A DNA stretch of 64,000 nucleotides, from assembly GCA_043228905.1 (NCBI GenBank), contig JBHGNT010000018.1, forward strand, positions 7,874,001 to 7,938,000, written 5' to 3'. The translations under genes were made by a program, and so were the position numbers. Below, piece after piece: positions 36,592 to 48,600 of this stretch; positions within the stretch are counted from its first letter, which is position 1, and the number at the start of each line of letters is the position of its first letter. Origin of the DNA: Azolla caroliniana (Eukaryota; Plantae; Polypodiophyta). The notes below the pieces were generated by a model. It ran no database searches, was not told where the DNA came from, and saw only the letters and a list, made by a program, of their open reading frames with translations.

Positions 36592-39500
36592 TGTTTAGAT
36601 ACAATCTCAACATTGGCCGGATTGGCTGTGCAAGCCGAGAACCAGATCGGTTGGGACCCATCGGTTAGGCCGGATTGGTGTGTAAACCGGGTGCGTAAAC
36701 CGGTGCGCAATGAGAAGCTGTAGCGCTGCGTGAACCGCGAGGCTGTTGGAAAGATATTCCGCATAGGAATATATTTTGGGAGTTAGTGTAGAGCTCAGTT
36801 ATGAGCATTGAAGTATGTGTCAGTACTTTTGTCAGTCCGTATGGACTTGTATAAAAGTGCTCATTGAGCACATCCTATGTATAGACTGAGTATTATTATT
36901 TTGAATAGAGTTGTGTGTATTGACTCTCTCTCCCTCTCTCTCTCCCACGAACTGTGTGTCCAATCTTTCCATTAAACCTGCGTTTTTCCTATGTTCGGTT
37001 TTTTGTTTCTTCCGCACGCTTTTCTTTTTACGTGGTATCAGAGTGCGAGGGTTGAGAACCTCTTGCTGCCGACCTTAGCTCAAGAAGAAAACCTAACCTT
37101 CGTATAGAACAGGAAAAACAGAATGGATAAAGGCATGGCTAGCTCACTTCCGACCGAGAAGCTTGACAGAAACAACTACGCGTCTTGGTCATACAAGATG
37201 CATCAGTACCTGCTCGGGCATGGATATTGGACCTATGTTGATGGAGCAAATGACATAGCACCTAATTCGACACACAGAGACTTCCCGGCTTGGGAACAGT
37301 CGGCGAGCAAAGTTCTCTACTGCTTCGCGTCTTGTGTGGGCGAACAGCTTCTAAGCTATATTCGGGATGCGAAAATGCCGAAGGATGCTTGGGGAAATCG
37401 CCGCAAGCACCACGAAAGCTCCAACTCAGACAGGAGTTGAGCAACTTGCGACAACACGATTTGTCGGTGGCTAATTACACCTCGAAGATCAAAGATATAT
37501 GCGACTCCTTAGCCTCCATCGACGTGAACGTCGAGGAAGGTGAAATGGTGTAGATCTGTCTCAGGGGACTGGCGTCGAAGTTCGGAGCGTTCCGAACTGC
37601 TGTGTGCACACGGGAGAATACGCCGTCGTTTTTCGACCTATAGTCGATGCTCCTTATAGAGGAGAACCACGCGGGTGCGTCGACGAGTACGCATGCCGAT
37701 AGCAAGATACTGTACACGGAGGGAGATCGGTCCTGTGGTCGTGGCGGACGAGGCGAGTCGGTGTGCAATGGAGGCGGCCGACGGGATCAACGAAGAAGGC
37801 ACCGAAGTGATGTCGACAGCAATTCCGGACCCTCCGGAAACAGGGGGAGTCGAGGTGACGAGAACTGGCAAGAGAAATCCTTCGTGGAATGCTGGTACTG
37901 TGGCAAGAAAGGCCACAAGGAGAACGAGTGCTGGAAGAAGCGCGCGGATCCGGATCCGAACAAACCAAGAAAGGAAATTGGCAGTGATCGCACTACGCCG
38001 AAGGATCCGAAAAAGTCGGAAAGGAGGCAGCCTTCGTGACGAGACACGAAGCGAACTCGATGAAGAAGACCACCCCGAAATCGGACAAGGTGTGGTACGT
38101 TGACTCCGATGCGTCAAACCACATGACAAGCCATATGGAGTGGTTCTCATACCTTGAGAAACCTATGCAACCGGGAGTAGTCGCAACAGGAGATGGCACT
38201 CTGCATCCGATCGAGAATGTCGATGAAGTTCCCCTGAGCCATGTCGGGCAAAAAGGGAAAGTCATGAACGCGTTACACATCCCGACAATCACGAATAATC
38301 TGGTATCGGTTGGGCAAATCGTCGACCAAGGGATGCAAGTTTAGTTCACGCATCTCGGGTGCTTCATCGAGGAAGAAGACCAAGTTATTGCGCAAGGGCG
38401 CAGAGACGGGATGATGTTTATCCTCGACACCAATGATGTTGGCACGGCAATGTTAGCAAAAGGACAAAAAGTGGAGTCGGATATCAACTTGTGGCACAAG
38501 CAGATAGGCCACATCAACTATCAAAGGCTTCAGGACTTGCAATGGAAACAAGTTGTGTTCAGATTGCCCAAATTTAGTGGCAGGAAGGCCCAAATTTGTG
38601 AAGATTGCCAGCTAGGGAAGCAACACCGACTTCCCTAGCTCGACTTGATACATTCGGATGTATGGGGGCCAGCACAGAACGTTAGTATTGGCGGGAGTCG
38701 ATATTTTGTCTCCTTCATCAACGACTACATGCGGCACACGTGGATCTATCTCATTAAAAAGAAGAGTGAAGTCTTCGACTGTTTCCAAGCCCTCAAAAGC
38801 TTGGTAGAAAGGGACACAAGGAGAAAGATCATATGCCTGCGGTCGGATGGCGGAAAAGAATACTTTTCCAGCCAATTTAACAGTTATCTGCAACAAATGG
38901 GAATTTGGCGCAAATTCAATTGTAGGTATATGGCGCAGCAAAACAACGTAGCCGAAAGGAAAAATGGATCGGTTGTGGAAGTGGCGCGAGCAATGTTGGA
39001 AGAAAATAGCTTGCCCAAGTTCTATTGGGCCGAAGCGGTACGAACCGTGGACTACATCCAGAATCGGATCGGAGACAAGGTGTCAACGTATGAGCTGTAT
39101 TTCGAAAGAAAGTTGAATCTATGACACTTGAGAGTTTTCGGTAGCATTGTGTATGTGCATGTGCCGAAGGAGAAATCGAGGAAGTTGGACGCGAAAGCCG
39201 AGATGTGTAACTTGGTCGGCTATTCAGACAAACAGAAGGGTTATAATTGTTATAATCCCCGAACCAAACAAGCTCGCGTGAGTCGCGATGTTGTGTTTGA
39301 CGAGTCCGCGTCCTGCTACTTGCCTCCGACTTCGAACCTCAACTCCAACTCCGGACCTCCGGACCCGAGTTGTGATGATGAGGTCAGCGAGGCTGAAATG
39401 ACTCCGGATGACCGAGCAATCAAGACCCTCGATGAGAGTTCGATTTCATTTCAGCTAAGTGGACCGAACGAGCGACTAGGTCGATTTGACCAGTCTGAAG

Positions 39501-41145
39501 AAGAGCCAGCTAGTGGTGGAGACTCGGTCGTGCATTCCCCGCATAGGAAGCCGAGGAGATGGTTTACGCGCAAGGAAAAAGGGAAGAAGAAGATGCCAGA
39601 GTACGGCACGGATAAGGGCGATTCGGATCGACGCGAATCCGACTTCGAGAAGAGCGATGACGGGCCTTCGAGAGCGAAGTCCGCATTGGCCGAGAAAGCC
39701 TCAACATCGGCTAATGAGCAATTACACCGATCTACCCGCTAGAAGAACCCTGTTGTGCGGTTCGGATACAACGAGTACATGGTGCATCATTATGCGTACA
39801 TGACGCGTGTAGCGGAAGTGCGTGAACCGGAGAGCTACGCAGAAGTGGTGATGGATGCAAATTGGCGTGCCACAATGGAGGAGGAGATGCGCGTATTTGC
39901 GGAGAATGAAACCTGGGAACTGGTTGACGCACCGAAGGGTGTGAAGCCGATCGGATGTAGGTGAAATTGACCGCGTAAAGCTCTAGCTCGCGACATCATT
40001 TGACATGAAGGACCTGGGGGACCTTCATTACTTCCTCGGGATTGAAGTGATCCGTACCCCTGAAGGCATACTGATCAGCCAACGACATTACGTCTAGTTC
40101 GGGATGGCAGATTGTAAGTCCGTCTCGACTCCTCTGGATAGAACCGTCAAGCTTCACCCCGACTCCGGAAAGGTTTACGACCCGAAGAGGTTTCAACAGA
40201 TTGTCGGAAGCCTCATATACTTAACTATCACTCGACCAGACGTCAGTTACCCAGTTGGTGTGATTAGTCAGTTCATGGAGCGGCCAACTGAGGAGCACCT
40301 TCAGTGCGCACAACGTGTACTCCGGTACGTCAGTGACACTAAGGACCGGGGGCTACTATATCGGATTGATACTGCGCGTAGTTGGTCAGCTACACTGATG
40401 CTGATTGGGCCGGAAATGCCAGCGATCGCCGATCCACATCCGGATTCGCGTTCTCTCTTGGGAGCGTCGCGATTGCGTGGAGTAGCAAGAAGCAACCAAC
40501 AATTGCACTGTCGAGCACCGAAGCCGAGTATAGAGGAGCGACTGTTGCAACATGCGATGCCATCTAGCTGAAATGGCTACTTAAGGATCTGCAAGTGGAG
40601 GTGTCCGATCCGTTGACGAGCACACATGCCGACCGGAAGGGTCGAGGCGCACGGAATCGAACAGGACGAGGAGCGCGAGTGAGGTGTGAAGCTAGAAGAA
40701 ACCGGAGAGGTGATTTGGAAGAATTAGAAGAGCCTCAAGTTGAGCTTGAGGGGGGGAGTGTTGAGATACAAGTTGAACATTGGCCGGACCGGTGCGTAAA
40801 CCGGTGTGCAAACTGGTGCGCAACGAGAAGCCGTAGTGGTGCATTAACTACGAGGCCGTTGGAAAGATATTCTGTGTAGGAATATCTTTTGGGAGTTAGT
40901 GTAGAGCTTAGTTATGAGCATTGAAGTACGTGTTAGTACTTTTGTCAGTCCGTATGGACTTGTATAAAAGTGCTCACTGAGCACATGCTATGTACAAACT
41001 GAGTATCATTATTTTGAATAGAGTTGTGTGTATTGACTCTCTCTCCCTCTCTCTCCCGCGTACTGTGTGTGTCCAATCTTTCCATTAAACCTGTGTTTTT
41101 CCTACGTTCGGTTTTCTGTTGCTTCCGCACGTTGTTCTTTTTACA
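36592..41145 (+). mobile_element. Ty1/copia LTR retrotransposon, both LTRs present, inactivated
   Basis: LTRs 36592-37032 and 40759-41145; TSD GACTT; iMet PBS TGGTATCAGAG at 37033; PPT GAGGGGGGGAG; gag, PR (WYVDSDASNHMT), INT (IHSDVWGP, LRSDGGKEY, AERKN), RT with core deleted near 39965, RH ([15 protein letters not shown]). Confidence 0.96.
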
Positions 41146-41382
41146 GACTTAGTCCAACATATGAATGGTCGTGGTAGTTCGGATAGTTGGGGATGTGTGG
41201 CTGAATCTGTGTGGAGGTTTTCTAACATGTCGTGAATTCCTATATGTTTGGTTTTTTGTTGCTTCCGCACGTTGTTCTTTTTACAGACTTAGTCCAACAT
41301 ATGAATGGTCGTGGTAGTTCGGATAGTTGGGGATGTGTGGCTGAATCTGCGTGGAGGTTTTCTAGCATGTCGTGAATTCCTA
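41101..41382. repeat. 140-bp tandem duplication across the copia LTR/PLE junction
   Basis: 41101-41242 is repeated at 41241-41382 and includes the LTR end and the TSD. Confidence 0.9.
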
Positions 41383-44014
41383 ATGTAGGGGTATCTTTCG
41401 TATACCTAAGTTTGAAGATGACAGGTATAAGTGTACTTTTAGGTTTTCTACTAAATACAAGTGATTTCCTAGCGCTAAATAGGACCTTTTTTATAATTCT
41501 CTAATATAAAAGAAAGGGGATATCCTCTCTTAACTAATCTACTAAAAAAAAGTTTTCTCATTCGAAGGAAACCTAAGGGGGTACTTTCTCTAATTAGGTA
41601 TCGTTTTAGTTCATTAATAATAAAATGACGTTTTAAATGAAGGGGGTGAATTGACGAGAATGAGAGATATTGGTAGGAATTTTGGGGCTTTTAGTAGCAA
41701 TTAAAGGAGAAATCTAAATTCTTTAGGTTAATCCATCAATCTAAGAATGGTAATCTAAAGGGAGAAGTGGTGATGGTAATTTTGATGCAATTATTAGTGG
41801 AGGTGTTATAGAACTGGAGGTAATTTTCTAATTCAGGTTTAGTACCCGTCCATATCCCGAATGCATCATCTATATATCTAGTGAAATAGAAAAGATTAGG
41901 GTGTGATGGTTGGGAGTTCTCTAAGTGAGCTAAGAATAGGCATGCATAAACTACAGAAAAATTACGACCCATGGTTGTACCCTTGACTTGTTGATAGATC
42001 ATGTTATCAAAGGATAGAAAGTGATATTCTAACGTGAGTGCACTAAGTGTATAAATAAGGTTATTTTTAGAAGATGAAAAATGTCGGGTAATCATTTTTC
42101 GTAAAGCTTGAAGTACTAACTTAGGGGGTATGCTGAGATATAAAGATTCAACATCAAAGGTAAAGATAAAGCTATTAGGGGGTGGGTTGAGATGTTCTAA
42201 AGTCTAGACAAGGGAATGTGAGTCTTTCAAATATTGCTTCTGAAGGAGAAGGATAGGCATGAGTTGGCGGTGAAGCCATTTTAATGTTTGTTCAAAAAGG
42301 GAGTTATTGTATGAGCAAATAGATCTAAAACCTATTGGGTTTTTATGGAGTTTTGGGAGGAAATAGATATTGCATACTAGGTACCCTTTTGAGGGTTTAT
42401 GTAGTATGTAGTTGGTTTCTATGTTGGATAGGGTACCAAGATGGTTATTAACAATGCTTTTCAATCTATAGGATAACTCCTCAAGTGGATAGTGGGAGAC
42501 TTTTTTATATGTGTTAGTATCAGAAAGGTGTTCTATAACTTTGTTATAGTACGTGTCCTTATCAAGTACACACACTCCAACATTTTTGTCACCAGGTAGG
42601 ATTTTGATTTTGTTGTTTTTCTTAAGAGATTGTAAGGCTAGTGATAAGTGAGGTGCAATCCTAGTGGGTTTTAATTTGAGTGTATGAAGTGTGTCCCTAA
42701 AGACAGTTTGGTGTTTAGCTATAATGTTTTCTAGGGGAGTGTACTTAGTAGAAGGTTGCCAACTAGGGTTAGGTAGCTTAAAGGGATTTTGGGGCGAATT
42801 ATCCACGTCTTTGAAAAAATGTTTAAGTCGAAGGGTCCTACTTAGGCTATCAAATTCTTTAAGTAGGGTAGGGGATGATGGTGGAGAAGATGGGAGGATG
42901 TGTTTCAAACCTAGGCTAAGGAGTTGTATCTCATGTTTAGAGAGGGAATAATTAGAGTGGTTGTGGATCCTACTAATCCTAGGTTTACTAAGGAGAGGCG
43001 TCCAAAATTTATTACGGGGTTTACTACTATGGGTCTTTTTCACATATGCGGAGAAGGAAAAATTAGATGTATGACGTCCTAACCACATGAAAGTATGAAA
43101 AGTAGAAGTAGTCTATCGAGAAGGTAGAAGAGATGTTTCACGGGATGTATGACGTGCCAAAACTGTTTACTATCCCGTTTGGCACGCCTAGCTACACGTT
43201 TTTTGTCCTAACATTATTACATGGGAAAGTTTGTAGTTTTGTGGGAAGGGGGCGATTATTGTGAGTACAGATAGGTTGCTTTCTATGAGGGATTTCATAT
43301 ATGTGTGGGGGAAATTTAGAGGGTGGGGTAGAATATTGAAATCTACTAGAAGTAGAAGGGGAGGGGAGGGGGGTATGTGTAGGAAATGCATGAAAAGGGG
43401 GAGGGGTATAGTTTGGAAATAGGGAAACGTTGTGGGGGTTATTAGGGGGGAATAAGGGGAAATGCATAGGGGTATCGTTAAAAAATGAGGGAGGGGTATG
43501 ATGGAGGTTTATAGAAAATAAAGGGGGGGCATGCATCAAATTTGTAGGAAGTAAGGTGGGGGGGGAGGGGCGTGATTAGGGTTAAACACATATGGGAAGT
43601 GTGAGAGTCTGTTTGAAATTGTTTGCAGGGGTGGGGTGGGGAGGAGAGGAGGAGGAGGAGGGCCGAGAGGGAAAGAGGAAGGTTGTTCGTGCCATGGCTT
43701 GCATGATCTCCTGCACAACTGCCATGGGGATACACTTCTTGTCTTCTGTTGGCACATGTGCCGCTTCCATAAGATGTACGGCCTTCGCATTGGATGGACC
43801 TCCCATATCGGCCAATAGGATAATCATCATCACGGCTCATGTAGCCGCCGTTATGGTGTGACAGTCGTCCACCATCACCACACGTGTAGCCGCTATCGAA
43901 GTAGGATCTTCGCTCTCTATTGTATCCTTCTAATTCAAATTTTGGCAACGTATGGTGGTGATGTATAGGCCATGGGTGTGCCTTGTGAGAGGCTGAAATA
44001 TGTTGGTTTGAATT

Positions 44015-45120
44015 TCATTCGATGTGAGGATGTTGAACAGATGCTCTTCGTGGGTATATCGCTTCCGCTGTGCACGAGGGAACCGTGTGCCCTAGATGGT
44101 TAGTTGGGTTGTAGATAGGATTAAAGAAAGGGCGGTTAGGGTTATAAAGTAGGACTTGTGGGCCATAATGGTTTTGATGAGGATTTCTACTTACTTGATT
44201 ATTTGTTATGTTGCAGATGTATTGTGGGAGGAGGTTGCGGTGGTTCAATGATCGAGGATTTCTTTTTGCTGGAAAATTAGGGTTAGGGTTAGGGTTAGCA
44301 ATAGGGTTAGATTTTTGAAAGGGATCAGGTTGTAGGTTCTTTGTAGAGGATTTTAGTTTGGGGTTGGGGTTAGTGTTAGAGTTAGCGTTAGCGTTAGCTT
44401 TAGGGTTAGGTTTTTGAATGGGATAATTTGTTGAGGATTTCTTTGGTTTTTCACTCCCAATGTAGTTTGGAGTTGTAAAGGGAATGTTATTAACATTATA
44501 CTCTTCATTATCACTCAACTCTAAGTCGATTTCTACAACATTGTTTATATCGTTAATGTTGTGCATGCTAGTCTTTGCTTTGTCTCTACTAATAGTGGCC
44601 TTCTTTCTAATAGCCGCGGTAATAGAATAAGTAACTGCTACTTCATCACAAGCTCTAAGGATTTCTGTGCCAAACTCTTGCTGCCAATGTGCCATTCTAT
44701 CTTGGAATGAATCAGGACCTACTAGTGATGTTACTTCTTGTATGAATGGGGGTTCTTACATTGTTTCCATTATTTTTACTATGTCGGTAAGAACTTGATT
44801 AGGAAAATCCTCTATGGCTTTGGTTAATGCGTGCACTAATAAGTCTAAATGCCGAATATAACATGTTGTAAGATCCTTGCAATATTGTGATGTGAGGGCT
44901 AGAAATTCTGTTCACAAGCTCGAATTGATCTCCTCATGACATATTGCTAATTTCGGTGGGTGAACCCTAAGACTATGAGGGGTGATGTCATGTGAGTTTA
45001 GATCACAGATACACTTATACGTATTCTTAGCTTCTTGTGTGCGCCTATATAGATGTTTAAATTCAGATACCACTTTATGCTTATAGTCTTCAAAGTGGTG
45101 TGAGGACATATATGAGTCGG
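44015..45120 (-). pseudogene. Putative PLE ORF1, broken into pieces
   Basis: ORFs 44912-45109 (ITPHSLRVHPPKL, similar to the PLE N-terminal IP.GL motif) and 44015-44695 (helical region then NP-rich tail); same strand as and upstream of the RT. Confidence 0.55.
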
Positions 45121-45603
45121 AGGAATTTACCTTTTCATTGCTAGGATTAGAGTTGATGAAAGTTGGGGATAGTGTAGGGGTGCATTGTCATTTATTAGGA
45201 CGTTTGTTGGTGTTTCTAGGTTTTGTTGGTATCAGTGTAGTTGATCCATCCCTGCAAAAGTCATGATCTGTTGTGGAGGGAACTCGGCATTAAATGGTGA
45301 TTTGATGCGAGTCGAAGTATCACTATTGTGGGTTCCAAACTCCGATGATAATCCCTCCATAGGAACTAGGATAACAATTCTTGTTGTGACCGTAGCGTCG
45401 TGACCAGGAGTGCGAGCGAACTAGCACAACTATTGAGATGATATGGGAAGAGTAAGAAAAAAATAAAGCAATGATGCAAGTGAAACTAAGGTGAGTAGGA
45501 TTAGAGGTGAACAAGAGTAAAAGAGAATGAGAGAATGAGATGAAAGAAGAAGAGAAGAGTGAGTGAGAAAAAAACGAAAAGCTTAAGAAAATTTCAATAG
45601 AGA

Positions 45604-45655
45604 GACTTTGTGCAAACCAGTTTCGCTCTAGGTAAAGCTCATCAGTGCCAAGGTC
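45604..45655 (-). ncRNA. Minimal type I hammerhead ribozyme (5' pLTR copy)
   Basis: GACCTTGGCA-CTGATGA-GCTTT-ACCT-AGAGC-GAAAC-TG-GTT-TGCACAAAGTC: core intact, three substitutions relative to the other copy. Confidence 0.8.
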
Positions 45656-48600
45656 ATTTACAACAAGAGGGTAGGTTTATATAGGGGGAAGAGAGAGAGA
45701 GAGAAAGAGAGAGAGAGGGGGAATAGGAGTTACATCTATACAAATCTCTAAATGCAAAATACCTCATTCATTTTGGTTACTTAGGACCTATCACACTATG
45801 ACTTGTAGCTTCCATGGTAAACCCTTAATGCATACTACAAAAGTAAAGTTTTGCATTTGTTAGGTCCTAGAGCCACTTCTAGTTTGTGAAAATTTGATTT
45901 GACTATACGAGACCATAAATGTGGAGTATCTTAGTATTGTTACGCACATGAGATTGGTTAAAACTTGATCTTCGACACATAAACCAATCCCAGTCTTGTG
46001 AACCCAAATGACATTTTTGAACATTATTTCAATCCCACTAAGAAGGGATCGAACCTTCGACCTTTTGCTTAGGAAACAGACGCTCTATCCACTGAGCTAC
46101 AAGTACGACATCCTTGTTACAAAAGAAAGGAACGACTATCCTATTAATTCTTCTAATTACTAATCAATGCATCTGAGTTGACGAATAAATAACCAATTTA
46201 TGTGAAATGATTAATTAAAGCTCACAAATGAATCATCGTAATCGATTTTTAACGAAGTACTAAACATCTATACGAGTCTCTAAATGGAAAATACCTCATT
46301 CACTTTGGGTACTTGGAACCCATAACACTATGAATTTTTGCTTCTATGGTAAACCCTTCATGCATAATACAACAAGTAGAGTTTTGCATTTGTTTGGTCC
46401 TAGAGCCTCTTATAGTTTGTGAAAATTTGATTTCACTATACGACACCATAAATGTGGAGTATTGTTATGCACATGAGATTGGTTAAACATCGATCTTCAA
46501 TACATAAACCAATTCCAGTCTTGTGAATAGAAATGAGATTTCTGATCATTATTTCAATCGCACTAGGAAGGGGTTGAAGCTTCGGCCATTTGCTTAGGAA
46601 ACAAACACTCTGCTCTATCCACTAAGCTACAAGTGTGAAATCCTTGCTACAAAAGAAAGGGTCGACGATCCTATTAATTCTTCTAATTACTAATAAATGC
46701 ATTTGAGTTAACGAATAAATAATCAATTTATGTGAAATACTTAATTAAAGTTCACAAATTAATCATCGTAATCGATCTCTAAGGAAGTACTAAACATCTA
46801 GCAAATCAGCCACATCGAGCGTTGTGAGTGCAAAGGACATAAAGGGTTATTTTTTCAATCGCACTAGGAAGGAGTCGAACTTGCGGCTTTCTGCTTAGGA
46901 AACACATGTTCTATCCACGGAGCTACAAGTGCGAAATTCTTGCTCCAAAGCAAACAGTCGACGATACTAATAATTCTTCTATTTACTAATCAATGCATCT
47001 GAGTTGACGAATAAATAATCAATTTATGTGAAATGATTAATTAAATCTCACCAATGAATCATCGTAATCAATTTTTTAGGCAGTAGTAAACATGTATATG
47101 AGTCTGTAAATGCAAAATACCTGATTCATTTTGGTTAGTTGGGAACCATTATACTATCACTTTCATAATAAAACCCTTAATGCATAATAAAACAGTAGAC
47201 TTTTGCATTTGTTGGGTCCTAGAGCTACTTCTATTTTGTGAAAATTTGATTTGACTATACGAGACCATAAATGTGGAGTATCTTAGTATTGTTACGCACA
47301 TGAGATTGGTTAAACCTCGATCTTCAACACATAAACCAAATCCAGTCTTGTGAAGCCAAATGAGATTTCTGATCATTATTTCAATTGCACTAGGAAGGGG
47401 TTGAACCTTCGGCCTTCTGCTTAGGAAACAGACGCTCTATGCACTGAGCTACAAGTGCGAAATTCTTGCTACAAATGAAAGGATCGACGATCCAATTAAT
47501 TCTTCTAATTACTAATCAATGCATTTGAGTTGGCGAATTTATAATCAATTTATTTGAAATGCTTAATTAAAGCAAAGAAATGGATCATCGTAATCGAATT
47601 TTGAGGAAGTACTAAACATCAATATGAGACTCTAAATGCGAAATACCTCATTCATTTTGGTTACTTGGGACCCATGACACTATGACTTTTTGCTTCCATG
47701 GTAAACCCTGGATGCATAATACAACAATAGAGTTTTGCATTTGTTAGGTCCTACAACCACTTGTAGTCTGTGAAAATTTGATTTCACTATATGAGACCGT
47801 AATGTCAGGTCGTGAGAAATGAAGGAAAAGGCCAAGTGGAGGACGACGTAGACATTGTTACGCACATGACATTGATTAAACCTCGATTTTTGAAACATAA
47901 ACCAATTCCAGTCTTGTGAACCCAAATGACATTTCTGATCATTATTTCAATCGCACTAGGAAGGAGTCACCTTCAGCCTTCGGATTACGAAACAGACGCT
48001 CTATCCATTGAGCTACAAGTGTGAAATCCTTGCTAGAAAAGTAAGGGCTGACGATCCTATTAATTCCTCTAATTACGAATGTACGCATCTCGGTTGACGA
48101 ATAAATAAACAATTTATGTGAAATGCTTAATTAAAGTTCGTAGATGAATAATCATAATCGATTTAAGAGCAAGTAGTAAACATCTAGCACATAAGCCACA
48201 TCCAGCGTTGTGAGTACAAAGGACATGAATGGTCATTTCTACAATAGCAATAGGATGGAGTCGAACGTTCGGCTTTCTGCTTACAAAACACACGGTCTAT
48301 TCACTAAGCTACAAGTGCAAAATCCTTGCTCCAAAAGAAAGGTCGACAATCCTAATAATTTTTGTAATTACTAATCAATCCATCTAAGTTGACAAATAAA
48401 TAACCAATTTATGTAAAATTATTAATCAAAGCTCACAAATGAATCATCGTAATCAATTTTGGAGGAAGTACTAAACATCTATACGAGTCTCTAAATGCAA
48501 AATACCTCATTCATTTTGGTTACTTGGGAACTATCACACTATCACTTTTTGCTTCCATGGTAAACCCTTAATGCATAATACAACAATAGAGTTTTGCATT

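Larger units (their letters stand above)
36526..43088 (-). pseudogene. PLE reverse transcriptase ORF, split by the copia insertion and by stops
   Basis: LLSLGLKH, PGDKNVGVCVLD, YFLPKLHK, TFDVESLYLSIP, QVKGTTMG, RYIDD, LPFLD, thumb SSIHP...ELKRY...RLVKRGYP; the C-terminus WTKSKSMHSLLIKTKYKSINTLT* resumes left of the copia. Confidence 0.88.
36031..45731 (-). mobile_element. Penelope-like retroelement (PLE), apparently endonuclease-deficient, with direct pseudo-LTRs
   Basis: PLE-type RT; ~340-bp direct repeats at 36031-36370 and 45380-45731 lacking PBS and PPT; hammerhead motifs in both; no TSD. Confidence 0.88.
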
